Source of the DNA: Octopus vulgaris
Taxonomy: Eukaryota
Assembly: GCA_951406725.2 (NCBI GenBank)
Contig: OX597819.1
Coordinates: 20,584,001 to 20,648,000 of the forward strand
Length of the DNA: 64,000 bases
Direction: 5' to 3'
This document shows positions 56,347 to 64,000 of the stretch, piece by piece. The first letter of the stretch is position 1. Every line of letters begins with the position of its first letter. The position numbers and the translations under genes are program-made. The notes beneath the pieces are model-generated. The model saw only the letters and a list, made by a program, of their open reading frames with translations. It ran no database searches and was not told the DNA's origin.

Positions 56347-57175
56347 TCATCTGGGTACTTTGTTGGTATATCTACCCACATAAAAGAGATTGGACAGGAA
56401 CTATTTTCAACACATGATCACAAAGAGGGCCTGACAAATCTTGCGTTGTCTCCGTATTTGAACAAAATAGCGACATCTGGTGGCAGCAGTATCCGCATTC
56501 ACGAGATGAATGACTCTCAGGAAATCTATGCTATAATTCAACTTGAAGAAGATTACACTGTTGACAAAATGCTGTGGACTGAGGATGGTCAATTGATGGC
56601 AGTTTCATCTTTTTATGGTCATCTGCAGGTCTTTTTGACTAAATTACCCATGCTAGCTGTCACTTACCAAACCCGAATTGCTAACTTAACATCATTACTT
56701 GAAGTCACAGTTCAGGACAATGTCAATAATGATTCAACTCTAGCAATTTCAATTGACATTGAACCCTCATTTATTGCTTTGGGCCCATCACATCTTGCTG
56801 TTGGCATGAACAATATAGCATGGTTTTACCATCTTGGAAAAGGTGACAAGAAGCTACGTGAAGTAGACTATGTGGGTAGTGTCCAATCCCTAAAGATGAA
56901 TGGCATTTATGTGGCTGCACATATAGGAGATAAAATTCATCTGCATATTCTCGATGCTAATAATTGTGAAAATGATGAATTCAAACAGAAGCAGTCTCGT
57001 CTCTTTGAAGGCAACAAGTCTCATATTACACATCATGCAATGGCTGAAGACTTTTTAATATTCTGCACCAGTTCTGGATTGCTGCAGTATTTTTACATGG
57101 ATGACTGGAAGTTTGTTAATGAATATAAACATACTTGTGGCATTCTCAAGGTCTTCCCTCATTCTATGGGAAATC
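56347..57175 (+). pseudogene. WDR19: WDR19/IFT144 internal fragment, intronless, probable processed copy
   Basis: In-frame SSGYFVGISTHIKEIGQELF..HK..LT.LA.SPYLNKIAT...WTEDGQLMAVS..GHLQVFLTKLP..TRIANLTSLLEVTV..IEPSFIALGPSHLAVGMNNIAWFY..DFLIF..DWKFVNEYKH..KVFP; stop at 56341 upstream, homology lost after about 57175. Confidence 0.88.
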
Positions 57176-57549
57176 TCAGTAATTTTTTACGAACCAGAAA
57201 ATTCCACAAACGAATCTTTCATTGACCCAATCGATAGCAGAAGTCACTTGCTTAAAGTACCATACTTGTACCATGCTGTCCTTAGACGTTGTTGTCATGC
57301 TACAAGGCCCATTTGTTTTTCACGATTGTCTATAACCCCCGTAAATCTTACTGCGTTGGGGCTACTCACACAGAAACCAAGGACCACATGATGAGAAGGG
57401 CCGATTTAATCTGTTAATAACAGGTTTGCTGTCGGCTTTCTCTGTCTAACGCTATTATAAGGGTACTCGCCCCTCGGAGTAGGCGAGCTTCGTAGCACTT
57501 CTACTCATCTACACTCAACGCACTCGCTTCTAATCATTTCGGCATTGAC

Positions 57550-57900
57550 CAAAATGACTGCAAGTATTGTCTTTACTGTTGTACGAAGTCAGAGATATTG
57601 ACCAGTAGGTTTTGCACTCTGCTCTGCTTCTTTGTGGATAGGGCATATAATGCCTTCTTTCAGCTTTTTGGAAGTATGCCACTTACAAGGAAACTTTGGA
57701 AAAGTATCTGAAGTGGTTTCGCTAAAGACTGCTTACATGACTTTAGGAGAATAGCTAGGAAGCCTTCAAGAGCAGTGGTGGAGCATGAACTCATTTCATC
57801 TATGGCTGTTGTTACATCTGTTTCCTCAATATTGATGTAATTGATGACTGGTGCCTCCTCTTTTACAGCTGCATTATCAAGGAATTCATCCGGATATTTT
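57550..57900 (-). mobile_element. CR1-group LINE RT fragment
   Basis: DVTTAIDEM...LLKSCKQSLAKPLQILFQSFL.SGILP...ICPIHK...RPISLTS-like; related to 7100-7370. Confidence 0.75.
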
Positions 57901-59089
57901 ATCTGCATCTGTCCAATGAGGGAAGTGAAGGCACGTCTGCTGTCACAGACAGACAGACAGATAGACACACACACACACACACACATATGTAACAGAAAAA
58001 TTGGTGCAACAAGAAATCTCACAAACAATTGATTTGTGACATAGTGATTTAAATATTCATGTCCCGTACTAAATATGCAAATACATCAGGTCTAGAGACA
58101 CATTAAGCAAACTACAAATTTTAATTCGCTATTTACACAGACAAACGTATGCACAAACTCATACAAACGACGCTGACACGTCGCTTCATCACTTCTTAGG
58201 CTTTTGTATTTATAGCTTTGATGGTTTTTCAAGATTATTTAAAGATTATTATGCTATTATATACATATAAGTGTATGCATGAAGATTTTGGTATTGGTAC
58301 TCAACTCTATGTTACTGTAAAGAAGTTTCTTAATACTTTCCGTACGTAAATCGTACGACCTTTAACAGGTTTTTAACAGAAATGTCTATACAAGTTAACG
58401 AGGTTTCACCACCATTGTCACTTCCAAATTATCGCTTCGGCGTGGCACTTTGTTCTTTTAATAAGTCATTGTTTCTCAATTCTTTATATCTGTGCCACCG
58501 TTCGTCTTCGAGAACTAATTCCGAATTTTATTCGACCTGCTCTTTTCAACTTTGCCCTCTTCCTTTGTTTGTATTTTATAGATAATTCAAAACTGACATT
58601 AATTCTGCTTCTGTTTTGTATAGTTTTCATTAGCATTCAATCGGGTTTCAAAGAACTCTTTTCTTTTTATTCATTTTCTCACATAATATATGGCAGCTAA
58701 TCCATGCAAGCATTGATCACAAATCAGCCATGATTATATAGATGCCAGCAAATTATATCCGAAGATAATATAGCAATCTTTGATAAAGAACACTGACAAT
58801 GCCTCGGTTTGGACAACGGTCTACTAGTGTTACAATAATGCTCACTAAATCTGGCTAAGAGCCATACATTTCTCTGCTAAGACTGTCTGATGCTATGACC
58901 TCACCTCCCAAGTCAACGTAAAGAAATATCTTCCAATCTCGCAACGAACTACTCCGTATATATATATAGCAATCTGCATTAAATTATAAGTGCTTTGACC
59001 AATATAACATATATGTATGCGTGTGTGTGTATATGTATCTGTATATGTTTACACACACACTCACACGTATATACATATATACATACACG

Positions 59090-59120
<31 letters not shown>

Positions 59121-59202
59121 GTATAAGTGTATCTATGTTTACACACACACGCAAACATATATCTGCGTATTTATTTATCTATCTATCTATCTGTCTATAA
59201 AT

Positions 59203-59255
<53 letters not shown>

Positions 59256-59273
59256 CACACTTTATCTCTCTCA

Positions 59274-59348
<75 letters not shown>

Positions 59349-60173
59349 GTATACGATCACATGAACCACTGCTATAGATACCGGCTATCAGGAAATTGAA
59401 AAGTGTGAAGTTTTTCGCATACAAACACTCGAATGATCCGTAAACCAACAGAATGTCCAGAGAGTGTATACAATAACAAATAAGAAAAAATAAATTCTGA
59501 AAACTATTTAATTCGTCCTTTACGATCGTTTCATCAATATTCAATATAACACAATATAAAACCTAAATTGCACATGGAAATTAATCAATAGTTGTTGGTA
59601 TAGTTACAGAATAACGAACGACTGATTATACTAAATAATGATGAAACGCTTGTAAACGTGATTTACTGCCTTCATTCTTTTATAAATATGTTTACACAAA
59701 TGCATACATGTGTGTGCGTGTATGCTTATACATATAAACATGCAATATTTAATAACGATTATTACGTAATATACACAAGAGATTTAACCGACACTGCTTT
59801 AAGAAATTAAATAAATATATTAAATTTGCAAGCTACATGAGGCAGACTTTTGTCTGCCATAGTTACCGTACATATGCATGCAGAAAATAAATGCGCCATG
59901 TTTAAATAGATAGCCACTGACGGTAGTATTGCCTACTGGGCTGTTCAAGGAGCGCCATCTATGATTTATGTGTCTTTTAGAAGGGCATTAGTGATTATTT
60001 GGCACGGAAGAACATCATATTTCAAATCATTGAGTATTTAGGTCAAAGTCTCTTGAATTTATAAGCGAATTTGTACATTTAAAACTATCTAACTTGTATG
60101 TAAGTAAAACAATGGACAGGACTGAATACGAAACTGGATTTTTTATGGTAGAACACGGGATAAGTGGAAGTGT

Positions 60174-60241
<68 letters not shown>

Positions 60242-61331
60242 GTATTTGTCTATCTGAGTTTTTCTCTCCCAATATATATACACGCACTTATCAAGTATAG
60301 TTGACATAAAAAAAAATTTAAATATATTGATTGATGAATGCAAATTATTAAAACTATTATTTTTATTATAATATCTTCAGAAATATTCAATATATGCGGC
60401 AATGTTCTGACATGTGAACTTCCACAGATCTCTATTGACATTTCCCATTCAACATATCTGCCTCTCTTTCCTTGACTTGCTTCCGTACATTTCTCTATAT
60501 TCCATGATCAGAAATTACATCGCTCTCTCTTTCTTTCTCTCTCACTCTCTCTCTCTCTCTCTATGTATCAATCTTTCTCCCTCACACACACACGCATGCA
60601 AACTCACTTTGATTCTATTTCTCTGGGTCTTGTATTTAAGCATAGATTGTATGACAACCATATTTGCATGTTAAAACCGGACACCGTTTCCTGTCGAGCT
60701 CAAACCTGGCATTCACAAAAACACAGACTTGCTTTCATTAAAGCGTGTATTTTATTCTAACTTATTTAAAGGACGCCATTTTGACAAGTAATAATTAATA
60801 TTAAAATTTGTCCAATAAATCAAATTTGAACACGAATTTCAGTGAATCAAAGATTTTGTGGTTGAATAAAATGTATCTAATTAAAATTTGTTAATATTGG
60901 ATCAATAAGATGCTTATTGATGCGGCGAAACATCATTATTTTGATGAGGCGTCTCTTAGAACGAATTTATTTTAAATTTATGAGTTTTTCTTATAACAAA
61001 ACATTCTAAAGAAAATCACTATGAATCCAAACAAACGGCTGATGTGTGTCGAAAATTAATTCAACGAAATAACATTGACTATAATTCATGCTAAGATTCG
61101 TGGTACATGCGGTTTCTTAAAGAGAGACACATTTAATAGAAACATAATATAAAATGAGCTTAATGTACACACGCCGAGTTAGTCACATCAAGCAGTGAGT
61201 GAAATTGGGCAAATTTCATGTTCTATGGTGGTTGTCACCATAGCTGTTTAACCCGGGGTCACAACTTGTGCAGATATGTCTCTGACAAAATATTATTCGG
61301 AAAGATATCATACATCGATTCTCTCAGATAT

Positions 61332-61385
<54 letters not shown>

Positions 61386-61504
61386 TTGCTATGATGATCC
61401 GGTTTCTGACTGAAGATTAAAGGCTTCGAATGACCCGTCTGTTTTCTGTGTTCGTCCCTTTGTGTATTTCACGTTCTTGTTTCTTTATAAATAAATTTTA
61501 TTCC

Positions 61505-61540
<36 letters not shown>

Positions 61541-61574
61541 ATATATAAGTGTGTGTGTGTGTGTGTGTTCTTTA

Positions 61575-61779
61575 AATTGCTTCAGTCATTTGATAGCGGT
61601 CATGCTGGCGCACAGCCGTTTTAGTCGAACGATTTGTTCTTTGTAACCCAAACACTTATTTTATCGCTCTCTTTTGACGAAACACTAAGACGTAAACAAA
61701 CTGACATCGGTTGTCAAATGATGGTGGAGAGACAATCACACATACAAACACAAATACGCAGACACACACAAACACACAA

Positions 61780-61780
<1 letters not shown>
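61575..61780 (-). mobile_element. CORE-type SINE 3' half, degenerate
   Basis: CAGTCATTTGA..GCGGTCATGCTGGCGCAC is the reverse complement of the family 1 tail. Confidence 0.65.
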
Positions 61781-61829
<49 letters not shown>

Positions 61830-62027
61830 TATATATTATATATTATATATATATTACATATTATATATATATATTATATTACATATATATTATATATATA
61901 TATATATATTATATTTATATATATTATATATTATATATATATATATATATGTATATTTTTATATGTATATGTTGTATTATGGGTATGCACCCACACCCAT
62001 GTGGGTATATATGTAGACTGATTTATA

Positions 62028-62165
62028 TTACATAATCTCCGAAGAGGCCTTATGATATTTTTGTAAACGACTCATTTATATCTATATATTGACCTACCAT
62101 AAAAGGCTGATATTGGTAAAATGAGACATACTTATCTATATGGCCGAAACAGCTGTAAGATGTAA
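62028..62165 (+). ncRNA. Hammerhead ribozyme-like motif with long loop II (family E)
   Basis: ATCT-CCGAAGA-GGCC-(about 90 nt)-GGCC-GAAA-CAG-CT-GTA-AGAT; stem I ATCT/AGAT extended by TTAC/GTAA; palindromic ACAGCTGT stem III. Confidence 0.7.
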
Positions 62166-62409
62166 TCTATACTTATATTTATATTTACTTATATTTATAT
62201 TCTCTTTTATATATATTCTCCTTATTATACAACATTACACTTTTATGTACACTTTTTTATGTACATTCCTTTATGTACACTTATTTGTTCTACTTTTTAT
62301 ATTTAACCCTAGAGTCTCTTATGTGGTGGTTCAATAAAGTATGTGATTGAGTATTATCTGGTAATTGATGTTTGATTTAGATGTATTTCCCCATTTTCTT
62401 ATCTTGTAT

Positions 62410-63380
<971 letters not shown>

Positions 63381-63855
63381 GTGATTTATTATTAATATAT
63401 CGTAACTTGTCAATTTCTGAAAGCAAGTCCTTTATTTTTATCTCTGCTCTATTAATTATGGCATTGTATGAATACTACACATTAATATAAATACACCAGC
63501 AACAAAAACAACAAGGAGGTGGACAACAACAACATCAACAACAATGTCTTCCAGAATATAAGATTGATGAAGATCTGCATTCATGGACATCATAAAGCTT
63601 AATTCCGACTAATTGAAATAAAGAAAGAAAATTAATCACATTTTTCATAACGTGTAAAAGAAAACCTTTCTCACACCTAAGAACATGCGTATGTACTTGT
63701 GTGTCTGTATGTGCGTGAGCGTTTTCTTGTGATTGCGCATACGAGCACCACGTTATGGCAATCAGCAAGAATCAGGCACCTCCTAATATGAAGATAACCA
63801 TCAATGCACCATCAAGAGAACAAACCAATAATAGAAATTGCAAGAATATCGCTAG

Positions 63856-63941
<86 letters not shown>

Positions 63942-64000
63942 TTAAAGAGGACATTGTTATCACGATAAAGGAAAAAAAGGTAGAAAGAACGTTAAATGGA

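Noticed and set aside
61405-61445. CTGAAGA...CGAAT..CCGTC in a TA-flanked insert
   Set aside because: GAAA and helices not intact; possibly a decayed Penelope terminus
63535-63870. Hydrophobic minus-strand peptide after an AG acceptor-like site
   Set aside because: Interrupted by a stop; no homology recognised

Overview
Eukaryotic, very AT-rich, repeat-saturated DNA. The SINE families and the extreme (TA)n/(CA)n/(AAT)n microsatellite load point to a coleoid cephalopod (Octopus-type) genome; this is an inference. Most short ORFs in the track are microsatellite translation artefacts. Recognisable content: a near full-length CR1-group LINE with a tandem CCCH-finger ORF1 (4.1-8.75 kb); a near full-length Dong/R4 retrotransposon in a (TAA)n array (22.6-27.95 kb) carrying a nested, intact-ORF DD34D mariner; a second, inverted copy of that mariner; a DD41D transposon; HERO, RTE, Tx1/L1 and Penelope fragments; non-autonomous Helitrons; three tRNA-SINE families; and one host-derived sequence, an uninterrupted 830-nt fragment of WDR19/IFT144 that is probably a retrocopy. 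The most notable signal lies outside the ORF track: about a dozen minimal hammerhead-ribozyme-like motifs of at least five families. Several have a non-canonical CCGANGA core, and several form short foldback elements with one hammerhead per strand, embedded in (TA)n. One sits at the 3' end of a Neptune-type Penelope element, linking them to Penelope termini. All calls were made by eye and boundaries are approximate unless TIR/TSD ends are given.
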